From a virus (Duplodnaviria > Caudoviricetes): 39,823 nucleotides of DNA. Location of the stretch: IMG/VR virus record IMGVR_UViG_3300035389_000048, positions 1 to 39,823 of that record. One strand, written 5' to 3'. The notes beneath the pieces were generated by a model. It was not told where the DNA came from, ran no database searches, and saw only the letters and a list, made by a program, of their open reading frames with translations. Of this stretch, positions 8,645 to 19,018 are shown piece by piece. The number at the start of each line of letters is the position of its first letter. The stretch's first letter is position 1. Position numbers and translations under genes: made by a program.

Positions 8645-11600
8645 TTAGCTTGCGTAAACCTTTCCATGAAACTGTCCACTAGTTCCAGTTGAATAAATAT
8701 CTGTTGCGTGAATTTCAACTGTATGAATTTCCGCAAACTTAGAAACTGCACTACCTATATTTGAAGTTGTTGCACCATTTGAAACGAATGGAAGCAATGT
8801 ATCACAAATGATACCTCTTTCTTCATCGAATACTTTAATTGTTCCATTATACAAACCCCAACTCATATTAGGTAAAAACTCTGTAGTTAAACTTGAGTTT
8901 GAAACTCCATCTACGTTAGTTGTAAACGCATTATCATTTTCATCAATGAATGTTAAAACATTTGCACTAGAAACGCTGATATACCTAAAATCTTTTACTA
9001 CTCCATATTCATAGAGAGTAGAATTATCGGTATCAATTTTAAAAAGAGTGTCTTTGTCTGTAACTGCTCCAACGAAACTATTCATGTTTGTGTATTTATT
9101 AACTACACTTACTCCACCAATACTTAATGATTTATTAGATACATTAGATATTGGAAAGTATTCTTTAATAGTTGCTGTTATTGTTCTGTGAGTTAAATCA
9201 TTTACAGTAGTTGTTACTGTATTTCCTGTAGTAAATAATACACTACCACCAGAAGTTGTTTGAACATTATCTGGAGTGATATAACAATAGCTTACTACTT
9301 CATAACTCTCTGTATGGTAAACTACTCCCCAATAGCCTTGCTGTATAATATATACTTCACCATTCATAGTTATAGTTTGAGGTGGAAAATAAGTTGGAAC
9401 AGCAACTTGCATTGTAGCTATGTCTGAACGATATCCACCAGTAATTTGTACTACATCATTAGCAGCAAAAGTTGCTGTATAAGTTTGTGTTGTTGGAGAA
9501 CCAGTAAATACAGTTGTTCCATTTTTTACAACAGTCTGCCAACCAAGTAATTCTACTCCTTCGTGCAAGTAGAAAGTTAGTTCCATTGCTGTAGGAATTG
9601 TTATAGTTAAATCAGTTACATTAGTATTACCACTTGCAACTGTTTCTATATTTTTATTTATTCCAGAGTTTGTTCCAGATTGTCCATCATAAACTATTGC
9701 TGAATGGTAATCAGTAAGTTGTTCATCAATGCTAAATCTTCTAGGAGAACTAGCTGAAATTGTATGAGAAGTTCCGTCTTGTCCTTTTTGAACCCAGAAT
9801 AGTTTATCGTTTTCATCACCAACTTCAATACGGATATTTTTTAAGATTGCTTCTCTTGCTTGTAGTAGTCCTGTTGAATCTAAACTAAATCCAGAACCAG
9901 TTCCAGTTCCAAAGTTTGCTGATTTAATAACTCCATCATCTCCATTAACTGTTATTGTCTTAGAAAATAAATTATCAACATCAATCTTAGAAGCTTTTAC
10001 ACTTCCTTCTAATAGAATTTCTTCAGCATCTAAAATTATCTTAGAAGCATCGTTAGCATCAGCTAGAACTTTAATACTAGCATCACTTGCAAGGTTTCCT
10101 TCTGAGTTTGTATAGCTAACTTTAAGCTTAATTCCAGCAGTGTTAGCTTCTATTGCAGAAGTATGACTTGTGATAATTCCATCAGCAGTATTTATTGCAA
10201 TAGTATTTAAGGAAATATTATCAGAGTTAATTTCTGCTACAGATTCTGAAGCACTAATAGATTCTCCATTAGCTGAAACAGAACTTACTACTGCTGTAAT
10301 ATCGTCAGCGTTTTGAGTTATTGCAGCAGCGTTTGTATTAGTTTTTCCGTCTACTGTGTTTAAAGCAGAAGTTGAAGCTTTTGAAGTAATAGCTGTTGCG
10401 TTCTGACTTATTGACGTTCCTTGTGAAGTATTAACTCCCTCTACACTTGAAATTCTTGATACAGCAGAAGTTATAGCACTTGAGTTAATTCCAATTGCTG
10501 AAGTATTAGAAGTGATATTTCCTGTAGCTGTATTTAAGCTAGTTTGACTAGCTTTCAAAGCAATGTTTGAAGCGTTTTGAGAGATTGAAGTAGCTTGTGA
10601 AGAAATATCACTTTCTGTTTCTGTAACTCTTGAAGCTAATGAAGTAATGCTTGAAGCGTTTTGAGTAATAGAAGTTGAATTAGTTTGTGATAGTTTAATA
10701 AACTTTCTAATTTTTATTGCTTCTGTATCACTATCTTGTAATGTATCTGGCTTCAATGATTTAAAAGTTTTAGCATCTGGAGCATTCCAACTATAAATTC
10801 CTGTTTCTCCAAGTAGTTCATTATCATAACAAATTTGAGGAGAAATTCCTGTATATTTTTCAGTAGTTAAACTTTGGTCGCTATATAAATGATAAACAGC
10901 TCCACCACCTCTAAGAAATACAGCAAAAGCCATATTACTCATGGTATTTACACAACCACCAAACATTTTTGAATACATTTCTTCAAGTTCATGAACTTCC
11001 CAACCATAGTTAGCTCCACCCCAACCACCAAAGTTAGCTTTAAGTTTTAAGGTTAAACCACCCTTATGAGTTGAAGTATACCAATCTGGTGGAGCTGTTT
11101 CATAATATAACCTAGTTACAAGGATATCTCTTTTTACACTTTGGTCTCCAGCCTTAATAACAACTGGATACATTTTATCACTATCACCATTTACAGTAAT
11201 ATTAACATGATATTTGTAACCATGATTATCTGATTTCGCATTTGATATTGAAGTATCAACTTCAATTTGGCTAACCTTAGAAGTAATGTCTGTAGCGTTT
11301 TGAGAAATTGAAGAAGTATTAGAAGTTATAGTTCCTTCAGTACTAGTTACTCTTGAAGCTACTGAAGTAATATCATCAGCGTTTTGAGTTATAGCAGTTT
11401 CATTAGTTGAAATATCCCCAGTAGCAGAGTTTAAATCTGTTTGACTAGCTTTCAATCCTATAGCCGTAGAATTAGCTGTGATAGAAGTTCCTTGTGAACT
11501 TACTGTTCCAGATAGAGTATTAACTTCTGTCTTAGTTGCTTTCAATTCAATATTATCAGCGTTCTGTGAAATAACTGTAGCTTGGGAAGTATTCACTCCT

Positions 11601-14107
11601 TCTGCATTAGTTAATCTTGTTGCTAGAGAAGTAATTCCTGATGCGTTTTGAGTTATCGAAGTTCCTTGTGAAGTATTCACTCCTTCTGCATTAGTTAATC
11701 TTGTTGCTAGAGAAGTAATTCCTGATGCGTTTTGAGTTATCGAAGTTCCTTGTGAAGTATTAACTCCTTCTACATTAGTTAATCTTGTTACTGCTGAAGT
11801 AATAGCAGTAGCGTTTTGAGTTATAGAAGTTCCATTGGAAGCAATATCTCCTGTAGCTTTATTCAAATCTGTTTGATTAGCTTTAGAAATAATTGCTGTA
11901 GCATTAACACCTATTGAAGAAGTGTTGCTTGAAACATTTCCGTTAGTAGAATTTAAATTAATTTGACTAGCTTTCAATCCAATAGCTGTAGCGTTTTGAG
12001 TTATAGAAGTATTTGCAGTTGAAATATCTCCTTCATTAGAACTTACTCTTGAAGCTACTGAAGTAATATCTGAAGCGTTCTGTGAAATAATAGTTCCATT
12101 AGAGCTTACTGTTCCAGAAAGAGTATTATAATCAGTTTGACTTACTTTAGAAGTAATTGCTGTAGCATTAACTCCAATAGCTGAAGTATTTGAAATAACG
12201 TTTCCGTTAGTAGAATTTAAACTAGTTTGATTAGCTTTCAAAGCAATGTCTGTTGCGTTCTGTGATATTGAAAGTCCTTGAGCTGTAGCTAAATTATTAA
12301 TATCATCAACATCAGAGTTCAATGAAGTTATAGCTGATTTTGCTTCAGTTATGGAATTATCTATTTCATCTTTTGCGTTATCAAGAGCTGTTTCTATATC
12401 AGTTTTATTTAAAGTTATTGTACTTGCTTGAGTTGAAAGTTCTGTATTTAAAGAAGTTACACTTCCTTCAAGTTCAGTTTTAACTGTTGCTAGACTAGTT
12501 TCTATTGATGTTTTATTAGAAGCAATAGAACTAGCTTGAGTTGAAAGTTCAGAAACTATTGATACAGTATCACTTTCAGTTTCAGATACTCTTGTAATTA
12601 TTCCAAGTAAATTATCTTCAATAGACCTTATACTTCCAGTTGTAGAGTCTACTTCTTCATTTAATTCATTTAGTTTGTTTGTTAATGTTTCAACTTCTGA
12701 GGTACTTGAAAATGAATCTGAGGGAACTGTTGAAGAAAATGTTGAAGTAACAAAAGTTAAATTACTAGCTGATGTTCCTGTATAACTATAAATAGGATTG
12801 TTTGCTGTTTTATCTTGTGTTTCAATAAATACAATTAGATTTATTCCAGTTGTTGTATCTGAAATTTGAATAAATTGTCCAACATTATACTTAAATTTTG
12901 AAGAGAAATTTAGCTTGTAGATTTGATTCTCTTGTTTTGATTTAATGATGTTAGCTAAATATTCAGCTTCTGCTTTTGAATCAATATAACTACCATCAAA
13001 TTCTTGAATGTTATCTCCAGAAATAGTATGAGTATATTCTTCAGAGAGCGTAACAATATCAGCCTTAATATCAAAGTTATATAAATGTTTTGATGTTAAG
13101 TCTGTTGCATTATTTTTAAAATATACTCTTGCTTTTAGTGATGTATCATAATTTTCATAAGATAAATTTACACCTTCTTCAGCTAAGAATATTACACGCT
13201 CATTTGATGTATCAATTAATTTTGTCTTTATATCTTGAACATTAGAAAGAGTTTGATAAGTTTCTTCATTGTTAGCATTAGCTGGGAAATAGTAACCATT
13301 TACAATTAATTCTTCATCTTCTGGTTCTGAGAACTGTCTGAAAACATATCTGTCAGATTTTACTGCTGTTTTCTTCCAAGTAACTGTTACACCATCTTCT
13401 TCTATTTCCTGTTTCTCTATTGTTAAAGGTTGTAAAAGTTGAGAGTCTGTAAGAGTGTAGGCTGGAACAATTGTTTCTGGGAACAAATTAACAAGTTTGA
13501 TTTCATTACCATTTTTAAAGTAATAAGATAAACCATATTGTTCGCATAAATCATCTAACATATCTGCATAAGTTTCATCAGTATCTATCTTGAAATATCC
13601 AATCTTAAAGTTTGGGTCTAAGATTGAAGTAAGTCTTAAATTTGATACATCAATTCCAGTAGCTGCTACAAGAGTTGTAATAATATCAACTTCATCACCA
13701 TCAACAGAGCCATTATATATCTTAACTGGGAAGTCATACAAAATTGATTTCGTAAGAGGTTTAGTTTCTAACTTATAGCTGTAATCTAAAACTTGAAAAC
13801 TGATTGGTTGAAGAGCTTCGTTAATGTTGTAAGAGATTGTATCTCTCATAATTCCAGTAAAATAATTAGTATCATTTACAGTTACTATTACTTGAATTTC
13901 ATAAGTTCTTTTGTTATTTAATAATGCTCTAAATAATACTTCATCTGGTTTAAGAGTTACATTCAAAGTTGATTGTTCATGTCCATCTATTCCAGTTGCT
14001 GTATGCTTAGTAAAACTTGTAGCTAATATGTTTTCATAATGAAAAGTATTTACTACATCATCACTAGTTTTATTCACAAAATTTATATCAATTTTATATT
14101 TATCCAT
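8645..14107 (-). CDS. Large tail tip/central fibre protein (1820 aa)
   Basis: Position after tape measure; hub-like N-terminus, long TSITQNA..I repeat shaft, GSVKASKIDV motif, beta-rich C-terminus. Confidence 0.85.
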   Translation of the reverse strand: MDKYKIDINFVNKTSDDVVNTFHYENILATSFTKHTATGIDGHEQSTLNVTLKPDEVLFRALLNNKRTYEIQVIVTVNDTNYFTGIMRDTISYNINEALQPISFQVLDYSYKLETKPLTKSILYDFPVKIYNGSVDGDEVDIITTLVAATGIDVSNLRLTSILDPNFKIGYFKIDTDETYADMLDDLCEQYGLSYYFKNGNEIKLVNLFPETIVPAYTLTDSQLLQPLTIEKQEIEEDGVTVTWKKTAVKSDRYVFRQFSEPEDEELIVNGYYFPANANNEETYQTLSNVQDIKTKLIDTSNERVIFLAEEGVNLSYENYDTSLKARVYFKNNATDLTSKHLYNFDIKADIVTLSEEYTHTISGDNIQEFDGSYIDSKAEAEYLANIIKSKQENQIYKLNFSSKFKYNVGQFIQISDTTTGINLIVFIETQDKTANNPIYSYTGTSASNLTFVTSTFSSTVPSDSFSSTSEVETLTNKLNELNEEVDSTTGSIRSIEDNLLGIITRVSETESDTVSIVSELSTQASSIASNKTSIETSLATVKTELEGSVTSLNTELSTQASTITLNKTDIETALDNAKDEIDNSITEAKSAITSLNSDVDDINNLATAQGLSISQNATDIALKANQTSLNSTNGNVISNTSAIGVNATAITSKVSQTDYNTLSGTVSSNGTIISQNASDITSVASRVSSNEGDISTANTSITQNATAIGLKASQINLNSTNGNVSSNTSSIGVNATAIISKANQTDLNKATGDIASNGTSITQNATAITSAVTRLTNVEGVNTSQGTSITQNASGITSLATRLTNAEGVNTSQGTSITQNASGITSLATRLTNAEGVNTSQATVISQNADNIELKATKTEVNTLSGTVSSQGTSITANSTAIGLKASQTDLNSATGDISTNETAITQNADDITSVASRVTSTEGTITSNTSSISQNATDITSKVSQIEVDTSISNAKSDNHGYKYHVNITVNGDSDKMYPVVIKAGDQSVKRDILVTRLYYETAPPDWYTSTHKGGLTLKLKANFGGWGGANYGWEVHELEEMYSKMFGGCVNTMSNMAFAVFLRGGGAVYHLYSDQSLTTEKYTGISPQICYDNELLGETGIYSWNAPDAKTFKSLKPDTLQDSDTEAIKIRKFIKLSQTNSTSITQNASSITSLASRVTETESDISSQATSISQNASNIALKASQTSLNTATGNITSNTSAIGINSSAITSAVSRISSVEGVNTSQGTSISQNATAITSKASTSALNTVDGKTNTNAAAITQNADDITAVVSSVSANGESISASESVAEINSDNISLNTIAINTADGIITSHTSAIEANTAGIKLKVSYTNSEGNLASDASIKVLADANDASKIILDAEEILLEGSVKASKIDVDNLFSKTITVNGDDGVIKSANFGTGTGSGFSLDSTGLLQAREAILKNIRIEVGDENDKLFWVQKGQDGTSHTISASSPRRFSIDEQLTDYHSAIVYDGQSGTNSGINKNIETVASGNTNVTDLTITIPTAMELTFYLHEGVELLGWQTVVKNGTTVFTGSPTTQTYTATFAANDVVQITGGYRSDIATMQVAVPTYFPPQTITMNGEVYIIQQGYWGVVYHTESYEVVSYCYITPDNVQTTSGGSVLFTTGNTVTTTVNDLTHRTITATIKEYFPISNVSNKSLSIGGVSVVNKYTNMNSFVGAVTDKDTLFKIDTDNSTLYEYGVVKDFRYISVSSANVLTFIDENDNAFTTNVDGVSNSSLTTEFLPNMSWGLYNGTIKVFDEERGIICDTLLPFVSNGATTSNIGSAVSKFAEIHTVEIHATDIYSTGTSGQFHGKVYAS
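11586..11837. repeat. Three 84-bp (28-aa) tandem repeats in fibre shaft
   Basis: TSITQNASGITSLATRLTNAEGVNTSQG units starting at 11586, 11670 and 11754. Confidence 0.85.
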
Positions 14108-14123
14108 TTATTCTTTTTCCTTT

Positions 14124-14180
14124 TTTCTAAGTAACAAGTGTTAAAAAGAACAAAAAAATAGCTCCCATTTCTGAGAGCTT
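14124..14180 (-). promoter_or_regulatory. Terminator + late motif cassette (motif copy 2 at 14132-14141)
   Basis: Minus strand GCTCTC-AGAAAT-GGGAGC, T-run, then ACACTTGTTACTTAG; near-identical to 17691-17746. Confidence 0.8.
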
Positions 14181-14205
14181 TAAGATTATTTAATAAAATA
14201 ATCAA

Positions 14206-14424
14206 TTAGTTTCTAATATTATGGCTATTACAAATATTACTATTATTATTACTACCACTATTTTTACTATTATTGTTAAAAGGTCTAACAGCTACAATAA
14301 CTATACCTATAATAGTTAGCCAAAAACCCCAAGCAAAACCACCATCATAACCTTTTGATTGATTAATAGATTTAGTTATAAAACCACAAATAATACAGGC
14401 TATAATTACTACAAAAACTTCCAT
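14206..14424 (-). CDS. Small 2-TM membrane protein (moron)
   Basis: 72 aa; KGYDGGFAWGFWLTIIGIVIVA; GAGG RBS; AT-rich upstream region and own terminator. Confidence 0.7.
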   Translation of the reverse strand: MEVFVVIIACIICGFITKSINQSKGYDGGFAWGFWLTIIGIVIVAVRPFNNNSKNSGSNNNSNICNSHNIRN

Positions 14425-14534
14425 AATGAAACCTCTCTTCTTTAATAAATATTTACTTATTTTACCATTGTTGTGAGTGAGAATCTACTAAAATTAGTTA
14501 GTTTCCAGTATATAATAAAAAACATTTATTTAAA

Positions 14535-17500
14535 TTACCATTGTTTTATTCTTCCAATATTTTGAGCTTTTGATATTCCTTTGTAGATTGCAGCATAAAC
14601 TTCATCTGATGTTGAATAAGTTGAACCGTTCATATTAATTATTATGTTTCCACTAGAAGAACTATCTCCACCAAATCCAAAGTTCTTTGCTTTTGAAAGA
14701 GGAAGTACCATTTCTGGTTCACCACCTTCACCAATTAAAGCCATAGTTGGTTTAGTTGCTATTCCACCTTCAGCAAGTGCTGGAACAAATTCTTGTTTAT
14801 TAACAGCTGATGTTTGAAATCCAGCTGTAGTTCCCATTGCAAGAGCAAAAGCACTACCACCCCAGAATCCTAATTGAGAATAACCTTTAACTACAGCAAC
14901 TGCTGTATCCATCCAAATCTGTGCAATAGCATTTTTCTGGTCTGAATCAAACTTCTTCTTATCAATTCTATTTTGTTCAGCAAGTTGTTCAGCTTCTTTT
15001 ACCTTAGCTTCTTCATCCATTGCATCTTTCAAAGCATTGTGTTCAAGTTTAGCTTCTGTCTTATTTGCTAAGTATTCATCATAAGAGATTGCACCAGCTG
15101 AATACTGGTCTTTCCAAGCATCAACTACATCATCAGAAGCTTCTTCTTCATCATTAACACCTTCTTGTAATTCTGACTTTCTTTTATTCCAAGTATTAGT
15201 TTCGTTATCTAAGATAGATTGGTCTGCATCTAATTGAGCATCTTCTATAGCACTGATTCCACTCATTATATCCTTAGCATAATCTCCAAATGTGTCTGAA
15301 AGACTTCCAAAAGTATCTGTCCATGCATCTTCAAATTCCTTTGCTGAACCATTTGGGTCTATAGCACTCATTATATCATCAGCCCAACTAGTATCAGAAG
15401 CAGTTGTAACAACCTTTTCTAATGCAGACTTCTCCTCATACAATGTAGCAACTATTTCTTTTAGTTTTTCTTTTTCATCACCTTTGGAATCTAGTAGTAA
15501 ATGTTGAGTGTTTAATATCTTTTCATCTATAGCTTCAATCTCAGCTTTCTTTTTAGATTCATCAGATAACAACTCATTATTTTCTTCTAGGAAGGACTTG
15601 ATATTTGAATAAATTACTTCTTCAGCTTCTTCAACTTCAACATTGTCTTTAATTATTTGAGCCTTTGTATTATACAAAGTATTTACAGCTTCTATTGCTC
15701 CAGTTTCATCTTCAGTATATTGAGCTAACTCTGCTTTTCTATTTATCTCATTCTTTTCAAGTTCAGTCTTAGCATTTAATAAATCATTAATCAGTTTGTA
15801 TTGAGCAATAGCTATATCATTGTTCTTAATTATAACTTCATCATCATCATCTGCTGCTGGAGTAGAAAGACTTCCACCATTTACTGGAGATGCTCCTGTA
15901 TCAGAGTGTCCTTCTGGAGTTTCTAAGTCTAATTTCTTTTGAGCTTCTCTTTGTTTATCAATTGCATCAGCATTAGCAATGAAAGTATCATATAAATCTT
16001 TGTTAGAAAATTGAAGAGCATCAATGTTAAGAGTTCCATCTGCTACTTCTGTAGATAGAGTTCCCATTGTTACAGCTTCTTCTTTTAGTAATAAACTTAA
16101 TTTATCAGTTGCTACATCATTCTTTCCCATTGCTCTGGAATAATCGTCATTTGCTATTTCTGCAAGTTTAGGACTTATCTCATTCATCTTAGAAAGTAAT
16201 TCACCAAAACTAATATCTGGACTGTAATCAACTTTGTATCCGTTTGCACTTCTTTTTAAGTTAGCAAATACAGCATCCATACTCTTTTGTGAAGATTCAA
16301 CATCAGCTTCATAAGTTACTTTTAAATCTTGATTATCTCCATAAGAATCAGAAAAATCATTAAGACTATTCTTCATACTCATTTCTGTTTGAGCCTTTGT
16401 TAATTCAAGAGCAGCTTTTGTTTGTTCATTTATATCACCAGTTAAATCTTTTAGAATCTTGCTGTAGTTTGAAGATGAAGTAATTAATTTATCAGTAGAA
16501 GTTTTCATATCTCCCATTGCTGAATCATCATCATTCAATCCAGTAAGGATATCACCAAGCCAACCAACTGTAAGTTCTGCAACTGGATTGAAATCATCAC
16601 CAATTTTAACTTTGAGTTTTTCCCACTTTGCTTTGTTCTGGTCAATCTCATAACCAAGTTTATTAACACCAGTTTTAACTTCAGTTAGAGCTTCATTAGT
16701 TGAACCAGCAGCTTCACCCATTTCTTTCTGTTTCTTATTATAAGTGTCATATTGTCTACCACCAACAGAAGCTACATAGTTCATTGCTTCAGCTGAACCA
16801 ACTAAATCTGAAAGAGGAATTCCAGCTTTAGTTGCATAGTTATTAATCAACTTCATTGAGTCTGCCCAGCCATATTGAGCAACCATAGCTTCACTGGATT
16901 CAATTCCCATAGTTTCATACATTTTGTTTAATGAATCTGTAGGAGATAGTAGAGCTTTCTGTGTTGCTGCAAACTTAGTACTTACTTCAGCTGCTCCACC
17001 AATAACTCCTGTTAAGGTTGCAAAAGTTGTAAACATTTCTTCTTCAGTTATTCCAAGAGAAGCTGAGTTGTCTGTTACTTTCATTATTGCTGTAGATAGT
17101 TCTGGTATTGTAGTTTGTCCAAGTTTAACTGTTTGGAAAGCTAAATCAGAAGTATGTTGTGCTGCTTCAGTTGAGATATCACCAAATCCCTTCATAGCTG
17201 CTGAAGTTAAGTTAATCATTTGTTCTGTAGTTGACATACCAGCAGTTGCACCATTAGCTGCAATAGTTAAATAAGTCATTGTATCAACTGAATCTCCAAA
17301 GGCTGAAATAACTTGATATGTACCTTGAGAAAGGTCTTCAAATGATTTACCTGTTTCAGTTCCTAAGTCTAATACTCCATCTTTTAGTTCATTAACTCTG
17401 TCAGTGCTTTTAGGTATAAGAGTTGCAACAGCAGCCATTGATTTATTTAAATCATTAGAAGTTGAAATACATTCTCCAATTCCTTCTGCTAATTTTTTTG

Positions 17501-17675
17501 CTACTACTACAGCTGCTGTGATTGCAGCACCTGTTGCTAGAAACCCAGAGACACCAGAAGAACCAGCTAAAACTGAGCCAGACTTAACCTTTGAAAGTTG
17601 TGATTCTAAATTTGATATTGATGTCTTAGCTGAAGCTGTATCAGCTTGTACTTTTATTTTTAAATTACTTGCCAT
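14535..17675 (-). CDS. Tail tape measure protein (TP901-like N-terminal core)
   Basis: 1046 aa helical; YQVISA, TVKLGQTTIPEL; C-terminal LAEGGIATKPTMALIGEGGEPE. Confidence 0.9.
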   Translation of the reverse strand: MASNLKIKVQADTASAKTSISNLESQLSKVKSGSVLAGSSGVSGFLATGAAITAAVVVAKKLAEGIGECISTSNDLNKSMAAVATLIPKSTDRVNELKDGVLDLGTETGKSFEDLSQGTYQVISAFGDSVDTMTYLTIAANGATAGMSTTEQMINLTSAAMKGFGDISTEAAQHTSDLAFQTVKLGQTTIPELSTAIMKVTDNSASLGITEEEMFTTFATLTGVIGGAAEVSTKFAATQKALLSPTDSLNKMYETMGIESSEAMVAQYGWADSMKLINNYATKAGIPLSDLVGSAEAMNYVASVGGRQYDTYNKKQKEMGEAAGSTNEALTEVKTGVNKLGYEIDQNKAKWEKLKVKIGDDFNPVAELTVGWLGDILTGLNDDDSAMGDMKTSTDKLITSSSNYSKILKDLTGDINEQTKAALELTKAQTEMSMKNSLNDFSDSYGDNQDLKVTYEADVESSQKSMDAVFANLKRSANGYKVDYSPDISFGELLSKMNEISPKLAEIANDDYSRAMGKNDVATDKLSLLLKEEAVTMGTLSTEVADGTLNIDALQFSNKDLYDTFIANADAIDKQREAQKKLDLETPEGHSDTGASPVNGGSLSTPAADDDDEVIIKNNDIAIAQYKLINDLLNAKTELEKNEINRKAELAQYTEDETGAIEAVNTLYNTKAQIIKDNVEVEEAEEVIYSNIKSFLEENNELLSDESKKKAEIEAIDEKILNTQHLLLDSKGDEKEKLKEIVATLYEEKSALEKVVTTASDTSWADDIMSAIDPNGSAKEFEDAWTDTFGSLSDTFGDYAKDIMSGISAIEDAQLDADQSILDNETNTWNKRKSELQEGVNDEEEASDDVVDAWKDQYSAGAISYDEYLANKTEAKLEHNALKDAMDEEAKVKEAEQLAEQNRIDKKKFDSDQKNAIAQIWMDTAVAVVKGYSQLGFWGGSAFALAMGTTAGFQTSAVNKQEFVPALAEGGIATKPTMALIGEGGEPEMVLPLSKAKNFGFGGDSSSSGNIIINMNGSTYSTSDEVYAAIYKGISKAQNIGRIKQW

Positions 17676-17690
17676 TTTATTTCCTTGTAT

Positions 17691-17746
17691 TTTCTAAGTA
17701 ACAAGTGTTAAAAAGGGCAAAAAAATAACTCCCATTTCTGAGAGTT
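17691..17746 (-). promoter_or_regulatory. Terminator + late motif cassette (motif copy 3 at 17699-17708)
   Basis: Duplicate of 14124-14180. Confidence 0.8.
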
Positions 17747-17752
17747 TGTGCT

Positions 17753-18040
17753 TTAGTTATCGTATATATTATCTAGTTTTGAAAGCATTTCAATTACTTC
17801 AATATGTTTGTTCATTTGTTCAGCAAATCCACAAGGATAAGGCAAACCAAACTTCTTATATCTCAAGTAGAAATTAATCATTGAAACTGCATCTTCATCT
17901 TGTAGAGCTTCCTTAATGTTCATCTTTTTAAATTGACTTCCAGACTTTAAAATTACTACTCTTTCTTGTTGAGATTTATAGATTGGAACATCAGTTGTCT
18001 TGTAATTTTCTTTGAGAAGACTATAGCATAATATTAATTT
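17753..18040 (-). CDS. Tail assembly chaperone gpGT extension (-1 frame; not in ORF track)
   Basis: Open -1 frame after GA10 run: KLILCYSLLKENY...KKFGLPYPCGFAEQ...DNIYDN*. Confidence 0.8.
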   Translation of the reverse strand, partial: KLILCYSLLKENYKTTDVPIYKSQQERVVILKSGSQFKKMNIKEALQDEDAVSMINFYLRYKKFGLPYPCGFAEQMNKHIEVIEMLSKLDNIYDN

Positions 18041-18375
18041 TTTTTTTCTGTATGTTTTAAACAGCTTGATGTCATTACAAAGTTTGCTGTCTCTTGGAAT
18101 AACTCGTTAAGTTCTGGAAGTTCATAAATCATATCTGGTGTAAATTGTTTTACATTACCATCAACTTCTAAATCAATTCCTTTTACACTTACTACATTCT
18201 TATCCCAAAGCTTTTTTGAAAGACTCATAATAGTAGCTGATTTATCTATTAAATCTTCTCTATCAACTAATGTTAAATATCTAAACTCAACAGAAATTTG
18301 TTCTTTTTCTTCTAACTCTCTGTTGCCATTCCAAGCTGGAATATATGTTCCGTTCATTTTTAATTCTAATTTCAT
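18034..18375 (-). CDS. Tail assembly chaperone gpG-like
   Basis: Between major tail and tape measure; ends EKKN on a slippery A-run. Confidence 0.8.
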   Translation of the reverse strand: MKLELKMNGTYIPAWNGNRELEEKEQISVEFRYLTLVDREDLIDKSATIMSLSKKLWDKNVVSVKGIDLEVDGNVKQFTPDMIYELPELNELFQETANFVMTSSCLKHTEKKN

Positions 18376-18434
18376 TTTATTTTCCTTTTGTTTTATATAT
18401 AATGTGAAACTGGGATTTCTCCCAGCTATGTTTG

Positions 18435-18839
18435 TTAAGCTACTACTGGAGCTTGTTTAGTAAATCCACCATCTGCACTGAAGGAACAACTAAAAGTTAC
18501 TTTGTCATTATAGTTAACACCCAAGTCTACACTTGATGCTACTGTTGAACCATTAAGTTCACTAGTTGAATCTAAACCTAAGTGTAAATCCATTTTGGCT
18601 AATGTACCATCTACTAAGAACATTGAGTAAATTCCCATTTGTGCTGGGTCTAACAAGTCCAATGTACCTGAGAATGAACCACTTGCATCTGAAGTTGTAT
18701 ACTCTCTGTTAATAAACTTTTTTCCAAGTTCTGGTAGCTCTACAATGTTATTAGTTAAACTAATACTGTAGTTATCGATATATGCAATTTTGTCTGCACC
18801 TATTTTTATAAATCCGTCTTTTCCCATTACTGCTGACAT
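18435..18839 (-). CDS. Major tail tube protein
   Basis: 134 aa; GKDGFIKIG...SGSFSG...VTFSCSFSADG pattern; synteny. Confidence 0.75.
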   Translation of the reverse strand: MSAVMGKDGFIKIGADKIAYIDNYSISLTNNIVELPELGKKFINREYTTSDASGSFSGTLDLLDPAQMGIYSMFLVDGTLAKMDLHLGLDSTSELNGSTVASSVDLGVNYNDKVTFSCSFSADGGFTKQAPVVA

Positions 18840-18856
18840 AATATTTCTCCTATATT

Positions 18857-19018
18857 TTAATCAATTAATTTTTGTAATTCTACTTGTTCTATTACTTCAA
18901 TGTTTTCTTTCTTAACCTTACGTTCTACATAAGGTTTGCAAATACTTCCACAAGTTGGACAAATAATACAATTCTTCGCTGTAGCCTTATAGCCACAATT
19001 ACTGCATTTTACTTTCAT
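18857..19018 (-). CDS. 53-aa zinc-ribbon protein (not in ORF track)
   Basis: MKVKCSNCGYKATAKNCIICPTCGSICKPY...; AGGAG RBS; abuts upstream stop. Confidence 0.65.
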   Translation of the reverse strand: MKVKCSNCGYKATAKNCIICPTCGSICKPYVERKVKKENIEVIEQVELQKLID

